DNA of 64,000 nucleotides from Nemertoderma westbladi (lineage: Eukaryota; Animalia; Xenacoelomorpha), in assembly GCA_032718475.1 (NCBI GenBank), contig JAUCBJ010007049.1, forward strand, positions 49,061-113,060. The letters run 5' to 3'. Made by a program: the position numbers and the translations under genes. Position 1 is the stretch's first letter, and the number at the start of each line of letters is the position of its first letter. A model generated the notes under the pieces. The model did not search any database. It was not told the DNA's origin and was given only the letters and a program-made list of their open reading frames with translations. Of the stretch, positions 22,988 to 35,746 are shown piece by piece.

Positions 22988-24559
22988 GAAATGCATTGCA
23001 TACTGCACCAAAGAGCGATTACGTAGAAAAAAAAGTGAAAGATACATTTTGTGTGGACTATATTGAATTGTAATATTTTCAAAAAGAAAATTATTTTAGA
23101 AGCCCCTTAGCGGCCAGAATTTAAAATCTAAAAACTAAAATTTATATTTTTACATAAAATGGTTCTCCTTTGTTGTGCTTTTTTTTTCAGAAGTTGTAAC
23201 CTGTTTATTGGGAATCAGCAATAATCAGCAATAATTTTTGTTTCTTACATTTCGAGAACAATAGAGTTATTTTTCAATATAATTTTCAAATTTTCAAAAA
23301 AAGCACTGTTTTTTTTCGTAAAAAATGTTATAACAGATGAACAATTGCAAAACTAAAAAGACTGCTCGAATTGTATTATTGTGCACACTAGTATAGTAGC
23401 TTTCATTTGATACCAAAAACTTACAAAAAAAGGTGTATATAGTGATTTGAAAATGAAAATATACCATTCTGAGATAATTGCCTTTAAAGTTTGAACCTTC
23501 CCGCGCAAAAACTGCCTGTTATGTGAGAATGTCTGTCAATATATATATATAGCAACAACAAAGCACAAAACTACTGTATGCTAAGATTATTGCTACGGCG
23601 GATTTCCTGGTCGCTGATTTCATTTCTGAGGTCAGTTTTTAGTTTTAATGAAATCTAGTGTGTCTGCATGTCTGTCTGTCGGTCTTTCTGACTGTCCGAA
23701 AATCTATCCGTCAAATATAAGAAAAGAAAAGGGCACATCATCTAGTTAAAAGTTTAGCTATAGGGGTTTTCCTGGTCGCAGAATCCATCTCGAGTGACAG
23801 TTTTAACATTTGATGACTCCAAAATTTGTCAACGTAATTGACAACGTAATTTTCACTTTCCCGGCCACACAGAAAACAGAATTCCATAGTTGGATACAGC
23901 TAACATGAATTAATGGCCTCTGATTGGAGTTTTATCGTAATTCCATGGATTTTGTGAATTTTGAATTTCTAGGAATTATCTTTGTTTACATATTTCTGGG
24001 CGCTGAATCCACAAAATCCTTCATTCTGCTAGTATTCAGCCCGACACCAACAGTGGCGTGAATTATCGAGCATAAGTAAATTACCTCTACACTTGCTGCA
24101 CTATAAACTGCATTTTGTAACGGCAAACATCTCACTGCTGAGTAACTGCTGCTACCGCTGTTTTATAATATTTTATACTGTTATTCATTGTTGTTTGGTA
24201 ACATATTTACTGGATGTTTATATTTGGAGAATACATAAATATAATCAATAATCCTAACTAACTTTCTTTATTATTGAGGTAAGCAGAAAGGAACATTAGT
24301 AAAAATTGATTGGCTCAAGTTGCAGTGGTCTATATGATATTTATGCTATATTTCATAACCCCAACGTAAGTGAGCTAAATTTCTCCTTATACATGAACAA
24401 AATTGGTAACAGTCAGCAAATCAGCGTTTTTCCATATTATTGTCAGTGAAGTGAGTGCGAGTACATAATACTACATTCCTAAAGAATGTAAATAACAGTG
24501 GCTCCATTAAACGATCCGTTGTAATTATTGTAACTCTCGCAAAAAAAAGAAGCAAACAG

Positions 24560-24680
24560 TCGACCGAAGCCGGAGGCGACCCAAAGGCTCCTCTTTCGAT
24601 AGCTGCTACCCGAGGGTAGGGGTGGGCGCTACTCCTATCCCATGATTTGCTCCCAGTTATTTAACTGGTACTCATTTCCA
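24560..24680 (-). mobile_element. SINE 3' fragment
   Basis: Contains one unit of the 36-bp satellite (CTGCTACCCGAGGGTAGGGGTGGGCGCTACTCCTATC) followed by AACTGGTACTCATTT, the reverse of a conserved SINE central motif also seen near 44990 and 32705. Confidence 0.6.
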
Positions 24681-25174
24681 TTGTAACTCTATCTGGTATT
24701 TAAAGCGCAGCATCTGAAAGGAACTGATTAATATCACCCTGAAAGTAAACATAGTTTTTGGAGATTATATAGAAGAGATCAATCAAGTAATACAAAGTAA
24801 ACTACCCCACTCTCGGCTATAGAATTCAGTCTCCCACACACGGTGGGTCATTCGCCGCGCTAGACTGGCTTCTACTGTGTTGTGGTCATATTTTGTGCGG
24901 GTTGTCAGACAATATAAGACACATAAATTAACAGATTAAACTGTTAAAGGTCTAAAAGCGCGAACATCCTTTATCTATGTAGTTTAATCAAAGTAAAGAG
25001 ATAGATAGGTGAACGGTGTCAATCACGAACCAATGAACAAACCTGAGATTCCAATTACTTACTAAAAAGGTCGAATACTTTGGTCTACTCTTATGACATA
25101 CATTTTGTATTAATATTCTATTTCTCAATTTTTTTCTCATTTATTTCTTATCTAAAACATTGAGAAAAAATTGC

Positions 25175-25826
25175 TGTGACGGGATCGGAGATCCCGACCG
25201 GGTTAGAAATGTACGCGTCACCGTGGCTGCGCAGTCGTGCTAGTTGCTTTGGCCAAAGGCCGTTGGGGAAAACAATAAGAGTTTCTGTTGTTTCTCTATG
25301 TTGATAATGCAGATGATAATAGCACAGTAAATCAAGATAGTATGATACCAGAAAAATGCACTGACTGACTGATTGAATATTAATGGCGGTGATGGTCATT
25401 AACTATGACCGGTCTTCACTGAGTGAATAACTCAACTGACCGGTAAATTAGTAATGTAAGATAATATATGATTAACACACATGAATATTGGTTTCACCTC
25501 CTACTGTACTTTGGCCCTCTACCCAATGGATGCTTTCCTGTTCCTAATCACGTGCTTCCCTCCCCACTATTGGCTAATATACTAATTGTCACTTTGGCAC
25601 TCCCCGTGAGTGTTTCCCCCCCGCTGCTAGCCTCTACTAGCTGTCTTCCCTCCGAGGGGGTTTGACCTCTCACCTTTCTCTGTGTGGCTTTGGAGTGTTG
25701 TTGGCCAAATGTTGGTTATGAGACGAGATTAATATTGGTAATCCCAACATATCCCCAACATATTGCTAACAATGCCACTGGTCCCATTTTCTGGTGGGTA
25801 ATGAAGTGGAATTGAATCCGCTTACA
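25175..25826 (-). mobile_element. Solo LTR (652 bp) with 5-bp TSD
   Basis: TGTGAC..CTTACA ends, flanked by ATTGC at 25170-25174 and 25827-25831; similar to the LTR at 27712-28327. Confidence 0.9.
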
Positions 25827-25834
25827 ATTGCAAT

Positions 25835-26490
25835 TAATTTTTTTCTCAATGTTTTTTTCTCATGTTTTATCTCAATGTGTTTTTTATCAATGTTCTTTTT
25901 TTGTTATTTTTCTCAATGTTTTTTTCTCAATGTTCTTTTTCTCATTGTTCTTTCTCTAAGTTTTTTTCTCAATATATTTTCTCAATGTTTTTTCTTAATG
26001 TTTTTTCTCAATGTGTTCGTCTTGAAGTCTGAGATTGGTTTGTCTTTTCATTATAGGCCTATCACAATGAACAACCTAATAATACCAGTATAGTGCATTG
26101 CCCAGACTGCATGTGCACTTTCAAAATGCTGAAATTTAGTAGGCCTATTTCAAATATATATAGGTATACTATACCAAATATACTGGTACAGTATTATTGT
26201 GTTGTTCGTTGTGATAGGCCTATAATGTAAAGACAAACCAGACTCAGTCTTCAAGACGAAAACATTAAAAAAAATTGAGAAAAAAAAACATTAAGAAAAA
26301 AAACATTGAGAAAAAAAATTGAGAAAAAAAACATTGAGAAAAAAAATTGAGAAAAAAAACATTGAGAAAAAAACATTGAGAAAAAAGCATTGAGAAAGAA
26401 AACATTGAGAAAAAAAACATTGAGAAAAAAATATTGAGAAAAAAAACATTGAGAAAAAAACATTGAGAAAAAAGACATTGAGAAAAAAAC
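25835..26490. mobile_element. Foldback MITE-like element with CATTGAGAAAAAAA arrays in inverted orientation
   Basis: TTTTCTCAATG repeats on the left, CATTGAGAAAA on the right; inner arms 26018-26073 and 26201-26258 are reverse complements. Confidence 0.75.
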
Positions 26491-26829
26491 CTATTGCATG
26501 CAATAATTAGTCATATGGTGTGTTTAAATTTTGGTTAAATGTCGATATTAAAAGGATATTAACTGACTTAACAGTCTATGTAACTTATACCAGTACTTCT
26601 ATGAGTATCTATTTCAATGCTTTTGAAAAAGATTGTTTTGATTTTGACTTTTTATTTCTATGGGTAGTGAGTTCCAGATTATTGCCCCATGGTATTTTAA
26701 AGATTTTTGCGATTGCTGTAGTCTGGTGCGATGTATGAAATAGTTACGGATAGTCGTAGAACGGTGATGTGGGAGTGAATGAGACTTGTTGGTTTAAACA
26801 GCGATGTAATGTAATTTTGTTTTTTGGGG

Positions 26830-27228
26830 TTCATAATTTCCCACATGTAGTAAGTCTGCAAGGAATATTGGATTAGAAATGGACAGTCATTTAAATTGTG
26901 AAAAGCAGATTAATAAGAAAGCCCGTGAGTCATTCTACCACCTGCGTAACCTTGCGAAAATAAGGCGAAATTTTGGAACTCATGACTTTTCATTTCTTTT
27001 TCATGCACTAATCTCGAGCAAATTGGGCCCATGTAATTCTTTGTAATATGGTCTCCTTTCTAAATTAATCAAGAAACTGCAGTATGTACAGAATAGTAAT
27101 ACGACTGCTTTATGGCATCAGAAAGCGTGAACATATTACACAGGTACTAAAAGAACTTAACTGGTTACCAGTACTGAGACGAATTGATTACAAAATTGGC
27201 TTATTTGCATATAAATGTCTACATGACC
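26830..27228 (+). pseudogene. Degenerate L2/CR1-group LINE ORF2 C-terminal fragment
   Basis: Translates as FYHLRNLAKIR..HALISSKL..CNSL*YG..KKLQYVQN and, after a frameshift, EHITQVLKELNWLPV..RIDYKI. Confidence 0.85.
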
Positions 27229-27711
27229 AACTCGTGATCTCCGGTCACGAAACAGTAGACTGCTGGTTGAGCCCAAGTTCCGTTTGTACACTTACGGGAG
27301 TATATCTGTTTTTAATTCATTGCCTGATATTGCATATAATATTACTATTATAACATAATTTTGGCTGTTTCCAGTTCTTGTAGTTTTTCTATATGTAGAA
27401 TATTAAATAGTTTGTAAATTGGTGGAGCGTGTGCTTGATAGTGGTTGAATATCGCCCGTATTATTTTGTTTACCTTTATTCTAATTGGATTATTGTTTCT
27501 TGCACTGGAGTTTCCCCAAAAAAATTATTCCGTAAAATAGATATGGATGTATGAAAGTGTGGTATAGCGATTTTAATATTTTTAGAGTAAGAAATATATC
27601 GTAGTTTGAAAAATAAGGCGGCAGATTTTGAATTTTTTTTGCATACATAAGCGCAGTGTTGTTGCCAAGTGATTTAATGGTCGATCAATAGGCCCAAAAA
27701 TGTAGTTGTTT

Positions 27712-29425
27712 TGTGACGGGATCCAACGGAGTTGGCAGTAATGAATCCCGACCGGTGTGTGTTATACGCGTTGCCACGTCAGTAGGCTGCTAAAGCTGTA
27801 GTCTGGATATATAGTAGGCCGTTGAAATAACGGAGTTTTACTGTCAGTCTTTATAATCACAGAATGTAATAATAGCACAGTCAGAATATAATAGCACGGT
27901 AGTGACGACGGTTAAAAACTATTCCGGTCTCACAACTGTATGGAAACCAACTGAATCAGAATCAATAACTGCAGCGGTTATATTATTATTAACACATACT
28001 AAATCAGCTCTACACTACTGAGTGGCCTGTCCAATAGATGCGCTCTAATCATTCCCAATGTGCTCTCCCACCCACCATTGGCTTAACCTGATTAATTGTC
28101 ACCTCGCCACTCCCTGTTGCCACTATTCCCACGTGCTAGCCTTGCTAGCCTGTTTGTCCCTCTGAGATGGTTTGACCTCTCAACTCTCCCTGTGGCTTGT
28201 GGCGTGTATCGCCTTAGTTGGTTGTGAGGTGACATTATTATTGGTAATGTCACCTCGCCAACTATATTGGTAAAATGCCACTAGTCCAATTTTGGGTGGG
28301 TAGTGCAGGGAATTGAATCCGCTTACACTCCCCCCCATGCTATCTTCCCGGTGAGAAGATAGCATCAACCTTAAGTGCGCTTCAATTCCGCTGGAATCCA
28401 ATCTAATATTGGATGTGGGGTGGAATTTTCTCCTCGGGGTCAGCTTTCCAGGCCGGCCCCCATGGGTCTGTTATCACTACCCATCCTTGGTACATCTGCG
28501 AGCTAAGCTGTACCAAGGCATCTTGGCATCTCTGTTTTAGACGATCGCCCTCACTCCTCACACAATTTTTCCTCTCAGACTTTGTTGTCCCTTCATCTCT
28601 TGCCAGTCCCTTGGGACTCATCCCCCTCTATGCTCGCTCCCCACACTTGAACCTCGCACTCCTTTTACTCCCCCATACCCTAAAACCTCCTCCCCATACT
28701 CAACCTGTGGGGAGATAGAGGTCCTCGAAGAGGTTGTGGCCAGTGGCCTCATTGAGCTCGTGGCGGGTGTGGGGAGATAGAGGTCCTCGAAGAGGTTGGG
28801 GCCAGTGGCCTCATTGAGCTCGTGGTGGGTGTAGGGAGATAGAGGTCCTTGGAGAGGTTGGGGCCAGTGGCCTCATTGAGCTCGTGGCGGGTGTGGGGAG
28901 ATAGAGGTCCTCGAAGAGGTTGTGGCCCCATTGAGCTCGTGGCGGGTGTGGGGAGATAGAGGTCCTTGGAGAGGTTGTGGCCAGTGGCCACATTGAGCTC
29001 GTGGCGGTGTGGGGAGATAGAGGTCCTCGAAGAGGTTGTGGCCTCATTGAGCTCGTGGTGGGTGTGGGGAGATAGAGGTCCTCGAAGAGGTTGTGGCCCT
29101 GTGGCCCCATTGAGCTCGTGGCGGGTGTGGGGAGATAGAGGTCCTTGGAGAGGTTGGGGCCAGTGGCCTCATTGAGCTCGTGGCGGGTGTGGGGAGATAG
29201 AGGTCCTCGAAGTGGTTGGGCCTTTGATGCTGATGGAGGAGGTATACCGTGTTACTGAAAGGGGTCCTGAGTGACTCCATCGGGAGGACTCAACCTACTT
29301 TAGTAGCGCTGTGGTCTCATAAGACGGAAGGTCTCGAAGTCAGAAGGCTACATGAGGTTTTCCTTTCCGTTAGCTTCGCACGCCAGCAGCTGAAGCGGGG
29401 TGGTAGGCCTACAAGGTACGACCGT
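27712..29425 (-). mobile_element. 3' fragment of an LTR retrotransposon: 3' LTR 27712-28327, PPT, internal repeat region
   Basis: Minus strand reads GGGGGGAG-TGTAAGCGGATTCAATTCC (PPT then LTR); LTR homologous to the solo LTR. Upstream limit is approximate. Confidence 0.75.
28706..29215. repeat. About 52-70 bp (mode 61) GC-rich tandem repeat, roughly 8-9 copies
   Basis: CATTGAGCTCGTGGCGGGTGTGGGGAGATAGAGGTCCT recurs. Confidence 0.93.
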
Positions 29426-29917
29426 ACGGGCAATAATGAAAAGTTCAACCATAAAATGGGAGGTAAAGTGTTTCTTCTACGTGAATTTATAATTTTTGAT
29501 CCTCAATATGTTCACTTGTTTAGTTCACATGCTATTCAGTAGCTTATCTGACATCAATTATTGTAATTTCAACTCGGGATAGGAATTATAGTCTGAGTAG
29601 TGCCTTATTTAAATGCGCAGTCACGTTTAAACTCATTAATCAATTTTATTAAGATTCAGTAAAAAATTATCCCTCAATACTGTAATTTATAAAAAAAACA
29701 AGGTTTTAACAAAGTGGAATAACATGGGGGATTATAAACGTAGTTAGTGGCATATATAGGTGAAGATTATATCAAATTATTTGATGAAATAATGTAATTC
29801 AAGTTAGTGTAGATAGATGCAAAATTAATTGAAAAAAAGTTGCAAAAAAAATTGCAAAAAAAAAGAATTACATACATATCTCATATTCAATATATATATC
29901 TTCTGGTAGTTAGTGTG

Positions 29918-32232
29918 TATGGCATACTTTTAGTATTTTTATTCGACATTTTAATTCCCCTTGATATTCTTCTGAATTTAGTCGCGAGATAAATGATTAA
30001 ACTCGCATTTATCTCGCGAGTTTAATAATTTATCTTGCGAGATTAATAATTTTCTCGCGAGTTTAATCATTTATCTCGCGAGATTAATTATTTTCTCGCG
30101 AGTTTAATCATTTATCTTGCGAGATTAATTATTTTCTCGCGAGTTTAATTATTTTCTCGCGAGTTTAATCATTTATCTCGCGAGATGAATTATTTTCTCG
30201 CGAGTTTAATCATTTATCTTGCGAGATTAATTATTTTCTCGCGAGTTTAATTATTTTCTCGCGAGTTTAATAATTTATCTTGCGAGATTAATAATTTTCT
30301 CGCGAGTTTAATCATTTATCTCGCGAGATTAATTATTTTCTCGCGAGTTTAATCATTTATCTTGCGAGATTAATTATTTTCTCGCGAGTTTAATTATTTT
30401 CTCGCGAGTTTAATCATTTATCTCGCGAGATTAATTATTTTCTCGCGAGTTTAATCATTTATCTTGCGAGATTAATTATTTTCTCGCGAGTTTAATTATT
30501 TTCTCGCGAGTTTAATCATTTATCTCGCGAGATTAATTATTTTCTCGCGAGTTTAATAATTTATCTTGCGAGATTAATAATTTTCTCGCGAGTTTAATCA
30601 TTTATCTCGCGAGATTAATTATTTTCTCGCGAGTTTAATCATTTATCTTGCGAGATTAATTATTTTCACGCGAGTTTAATTATTTTCTCGCGAGTTTAAT
30701 CATTTATCTCACGAGATTAATTATTTTCTCGCGAGTTTAATCATTTATCTTGCGAGATTAATTATTTTCTCGCGAGTTTAATTATTTTCTCGCGAGTTTA
30801 ATCATTTATCTCGCGAGATTAATTATTTTCTCGCGAGTTTAATAATTTATCTCGCGAGATTAATTATTTTCTCGCGAGTTTAATAATTTTCTCGCGAGTT
30901 TGATAATTTTCTCGCAAGTTTAATCGTTTATCTCGCGACTTTAATCGTTTATCTCGCGAGATTAATCATTTATCTTGCGAGATTAATCATTTATCTCGCG
31001 AGATTAATTATTTTCTCGCAAGTTTAATCATTTATCTTGCGAGATTAATTATTTTCTCGCGAGTTTAATTATTTTCTCGCGAGTTTAATCATTTATCTCG
31101 CGAGATTAATTATTTTCTCGCGTGTTTAATCATTTATCTTGCGAGATTAATTATTTTCTCGCGAGTTTAATTATTTTCTCGCGAGTTTAATCATTTTTAC
31201 CTCGCGAGATTAATTATTTTCTCGCGTGTTTAATCATTTATCTTGCGAGTTTAATTATTTTCTTGCGAGTTTAATCATTTATCTCGCGAGATTAATTATT
31301 TTCTCGCGAGTTTAATCATTTATCTCGCGAGATTAATTATTTTCTCGCGAGTTTAATCATTTATCTTGCGAGATTAATTATTTTCTCGCGAGTTTAATTA
31401 TTTTCTCGCGAGTTTAATCATTTATCTCGCGAGATTAATTATTTTCTCGCGTGTTTAATCATTTATCTTGCGAGTTTAATTATTTTCTCGCGAGTTTAAT
31501 CATTTATCTCGCGAGATTAATTATTTTCTCGCGAGTTTAATCATTTATCTCGCGAGATTAATTATTTTCTCGCGAGTTTAATCATTTATCTCGCGAGATT
31601 AATTATTTTCTCGCGAGTTTAATCATTTATCTCGCGAGATTAATTATTTTCTCGCGAGTTTAATTATTTTCTCGCGAGTTTAATCATTTATCTTGCGAGA
31701 TTAATAATTTTCTCGCGAGTTTAATCATTTATCTCGCGAGATTAATTATTTTCTCGCGAGTTTAATCATTTATCTTGCGAGATTAATTATTTTCTCGCGA
31801 GTTTAATTATTTTATCGCGAGTTTAATCATTTATCTCGCGAGATTAATTATTTTCTCGCGAGTTTAATAATTTATCTCGCGAGATTAATTATTTTCTCGC
31901 GAGTTTAATAATTTTCTCGCGAGTTTGATAATTTTCTCGCGAGTTTAATCGTTTATATCGCGACTTTAATCGTTTATCTCGCGAGATTAATCATTTATCT
32001 TGCGAGATTAATCATTTATCTCGCGAGATTAATTATTTTCTCGCAAGTTTAATAATTTTCTCGCGAGTTTGATAATTTTCTCGCGAGTTTAATCGTTTAT
32101 CTCGCGAGATTAATTATTTTCTCGCGAGTTTAATAATTTTCTCGCGAGTTTAATCATTTATCTCGCGACTAAATTCAGAAGAATATCAAGGGGAATTAAA
32201 ATGTCGAATAAAAATACTAAAAGTATGCCATA
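29918..32232. mobile_element. Non-autonomous TIR element (IS3EU-like ends) filled with a 21-bp satellite
   Basis: About 89-bp perfect TIRs TATGGCATACTTTTAG.. / ..CTAAAAGTATGCCATA; 6-bp TSD AGTGTG at 29912-29917 and 32233-32238. Confidence 0.9.
30005..32168. repeat. 21-bp satellite centred on TCTCGCGAG(A/T), about 100 units
   Basis: Alternating TTATTTTCTCGCGAGTTTAAT and CATTTATCTCGCGAGATTAAT units. Confidence 0.97.
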
Positions 32233-32619
32233 AGTGTGTTTGCGTTATTGACAATGAATTATAATATTAATTCGAAATATATTTAATTGCTGAATTGCTC
32301 CGTTTATTCACTATTATTAATCAAATTATTTCATAGTTTTAAGGTGACAGGCAGTCCAGTTTAGGTTATCTTAAAGCAACATTGTATAATAGTAGTACAA
32401 TAGTACAGTGTTAGTATAATAATAGTAAACATAGTATAATAATGATCTCGTTATTGTTTACCTTAAAAGTCCCCCTACCTAGCGGAATTAAAGCTGGCTG
32501 GCCCTATCGCTAGCTGAATTATATGATCATTTATGTTGCAACCTTCGGTTCCTAATCACTCGCAATGAATTAGAAACAAACATAAAAAATATATGAATGG
32601 GAGAATCTTTTAGGCTCGT

Positions 32620-32852
32620 TAAGCCAAGGAATACCTGTTCACCACCATGGGTGATCTTCCACAGTAAACCCTTCCACTCTGTTTCCCAAGTTGCCTTGGT
32701 TCCCATTTATCGACCACTGAAGAATGAAAGCCCCGTTGGGCTAGGCTGCAGCATTTAAAGCACTGTGCCCAAACAGTGCTGCCCCATCTAGGGATCGAAC
32801 CCGGGCTCCCTAATCGGAAGCACAGTAATGTCACCACTAGACCAAGCTGCAT
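32620..32852 (-). mobile_element. tRNA-derived SINE with a conserved (Nin/Deu-like) central motif
   Basis: Minus strand: TGGTCTAGTGG (A box), GGTTCGATCCC (B box), then GCTTTCATTCTTCAGTGGTCGATAAATGGGAACC. Confidence 0.75.
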
Positions 32853-33543
32853 ATATAAAAAAATATATGGATCAATGATTTTCTTTAAAACTAGGATATT
32901 TATTTTCAAAAAGATATAATAATTATTATGCACCAAAGAAAATATAATTGAAGTTAAGTAGATTATATCGTAGAGTAGGAGTTGCAAGTACCATTCAAAA
33001 TTATTAAACTATATTATTAGCGGGCAAGTTATAACTCGGTAGTTCGTATTGTTTTAATTCAACATTAAATGTATTGCGTAATGTATTGTAATTAAAAGGA
33101 TTGAAATTAACGTAGTTTCGGTTGAACCAGTAAGACTTTTACACATTACATTCCCATTATCGTTTTATCACTGTTGTTGCAACTCTGAAATCCCTATCCC
33201 CACGCTTTGCTTGACACGTTAAGGGGGGGGGGGGGGGGGGGGGGGGGGCACCACCACACACACCCGCCCTTTTCAGATTTGGTATTTTATTTCTTCTATA
33301 ACAGAATTTAGAGAGAATTTCAACAATGAAAATGAAAATTTCAGGATATGCAAATATTGTAAGAGCGGTTGCATTTCTGCATTGCAAAACATTAGTTCAC
33401 AAAAAATTAATATTCAAAGGAATATCAATATAGGCACAGAAATTGAAACAATAAAAACTGACAAAAGGTTGTTCTTAAAACTAATAAGATTTCACTGCGT
33501 TTGAAATTGGATATCTGATGACAGAAAGTACAATATATATATA

Positions 33544-34198
33544 TACCATGTCCCGTAATATAGTGTCATTTTCTGATGACACGGACCTCCCCCCCCCCCC
33601 CCCCCCAGATTTTTCTACAAAACTTTATCATACTGCTTGAAATTGGAAACACAACTAGTTCAACTCACCGTCGTTGTTACCATGAAGCCGGAGTTTTCGT
33701 ATTTTGTCTGTCAATTTTTTATAAGCGTTTTAAAAAAATGTTTTTTTTTGCGAAATTGTACATCTCCTATCGTCGCCATTCTTTACATTGGCATCGGTTT
33801 GTAGATATCATTAGAAAGTTTGCGTTACAAAGATTCCAAATATGTAACAATGTCTGAGTTTCTCTCCTGTTGTTTCTCAACGAAATTCAGATATTGTTAC
33901 ATATTTGGAATCCTTGCAACGCAAGTTTCTAGATTGATGTGAAAAAATTACGACTGAAGTGAAGAATGGCAATGATACAGAGGGTGCGATTTCGCAAAAG
34001 ACACTTTTTTAAAACGCTTATAAATAAAATTTAAAGGCGATATCGAAAATTCCGGCTTCATCCGGTAACAACGACGGTGAGTTGAACTAGTTATGTTTCA
34101 AATTTCAAGCAATATGATAAAGATTTGTAGAAAAATCTGGGGGGGGGGGGGGGGGGTCCGTGTCATCAGAAAATGACACTATATTACGGGTCATGGTG
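33544..34198. mobile_element. Palindromic MITE flanked by TA (Tc1/mariner-like)
   Basis: Arms CCATGTCCCGTAATATAGTGTCATTTTCTGATGACACGGACC and its reverse complement; symmetry extends over most of the element. Confidence 0.88.
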
Positions 34199-35245
34199 TA
34201 TATTCGTAGGTAACCAGTAATTAATAAATATATACGATAAATACAGTTACTCTGGACTATTCACTGTTATGTTCTATATGGTATTCTTGTCCTACAAAAC
34301 CTAAGCGTAAATAGTAGACGGTCACTACACTGCATTGCATAGCCCACCTATAGATATATTTTATACTGCACAATAAGGTTTATGAATAACCACCAATAAA
34401 TCAACATATTATTTTATAGCATTGTATAAATGGAGCCAGAAATTATATTATAAAATAGCACAGTATTGACTGCTACTGCTACCACTACCATGTGGGGCGA
34501 GTCCATAACTGTGAACCTCCGCGAACGGTCAGACAGTTGGCTTACAGTTCTGTTGCTCGAAGGGCTCAGTCATTCTCGAATGAACTGCGTACGTGATAAT
34601 AGAGATGCAATAGAGGCAGTCAACACTGAGAGAAGATATGGATAGAGCACATGGCGCAATTAAAATGAGGCAGGGGGTGGGGCTTCACCCAAATCCAAAG
34701 AATAAAGGGAAAGGAGAAGGTTGAGGTTACAGCGACACTTACGTTATTCAAACCAAAATAATAAACGATTGTCATAGAACATTTTAATGTAAATAATTCG
34801 CAGAGATGGGATTTGCATCAAAAGTACAAGATGAGTACAACACCCCCATACAAGAGACTGGAGGCTACATTTAACACAAACATACGTTGCGTGTTACAAT
34901 ATGCTACTTTACGCTACGCTATAACAGAGACGCTACTACTGTTCGTGAATAATTAAGTGAAGATCAAAATTAGACGAATAATAAATAAATAGATAAATAA
35001 AATAGATAATAAATAAGAATATCAATACATTGGATGTGGCGGTGTTGGGAGTGTAACACAACACATTTACAAACAGGTAGAGTAGAGAGACTGATATACT
35101 GGTGAACATAAACCGGTGGTCAGGTGATATTATGCAAGTCAAACAAACCTTAATATAACAAAATAACCTGTAGTTGAATAACAACCAATAAAATGGCATA
35201 TAATTTACAAACTAATTTACTAGTCGCGTCTACCAGTCGCGTACA

Positions 35246-35746
35246 TCAATAATTCCGCAACGCGCGTCTAAACAACCAGAACATAGTCCCAACAGCGACG
35301 GCCATCGCGGTAACCGTAACGCCGTAACCCGCTAGCGACACACCGAAATCCACGCGCCCATCCCCCCCACCACGACTACCGTGATCCACGTCCGATATGC
35401 GTTCTAGAATAGCCTTCTCCGCACCGGGGAACACTAATAGAGTGACTTCCGAGTCAGACTTCTGGAACAACTCTACGGCCTCCTTGTGGTTGCAGTTGGA
35501 CACCGAATTGCCGTTAATCTCGAGGATTTTATCGCCTTCCTTTAGTCGACCGTCCCTTCCCGCTGCTCCGTTCTCGCGGATTCTTGTCACGAATATCCCG
35601 GAATCACCAGGGATGTGGGGATTGTCCATCCCGCCTCGCACGTGGAACCCCAATCCCAGTTCGCCTTTGTCTAGTTTGATTTCGACGCGTCCATCGTTTG
35701 TAGATGGTGATTCGCTCGGTTTGACGCTAGAGATATCGCCGTCCAT
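35246..35746 (-). CDS. SYNJ2BP: Synaptojanin-2-binding protein / OMP25-like, tail-anchored PDZ protein
   Basis: Single PDZ ([48 protein letters not shown]), C-terminal hydrophobic helix and basic tail. ATG at 35746, with an acceptor-like TTTAATACAG just upstream. Confidence 0.88.
   Translation of the reverse strand: MDGDISSVKPSESPSTNDGRVEIKLDKGELGLGFHVRGGMDNPHIPGDSGIFVTRIRENGAAGRDGRLKEGDKILEINGNSVSNCNHKEAVELFQKSDSEVTLLVFPGAEKAILERISDVDHGSRGGGDGRVDFGVSLAGYGVTVTAMAVAVGTMFWLFRRALRNY

Noticed and set aside
23000-24020. Possible DNA transposon remnant with repeated CTGG(T/G)CGC(T/A)GA motifs
   Set aside because: Could not define TIRs or a TSD.
33223-33248. Long poly-G and poly-C runs as regulatory G4 elements
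   Set aside because: Scattered across the window, length unreliable in assemblies, no specific context.
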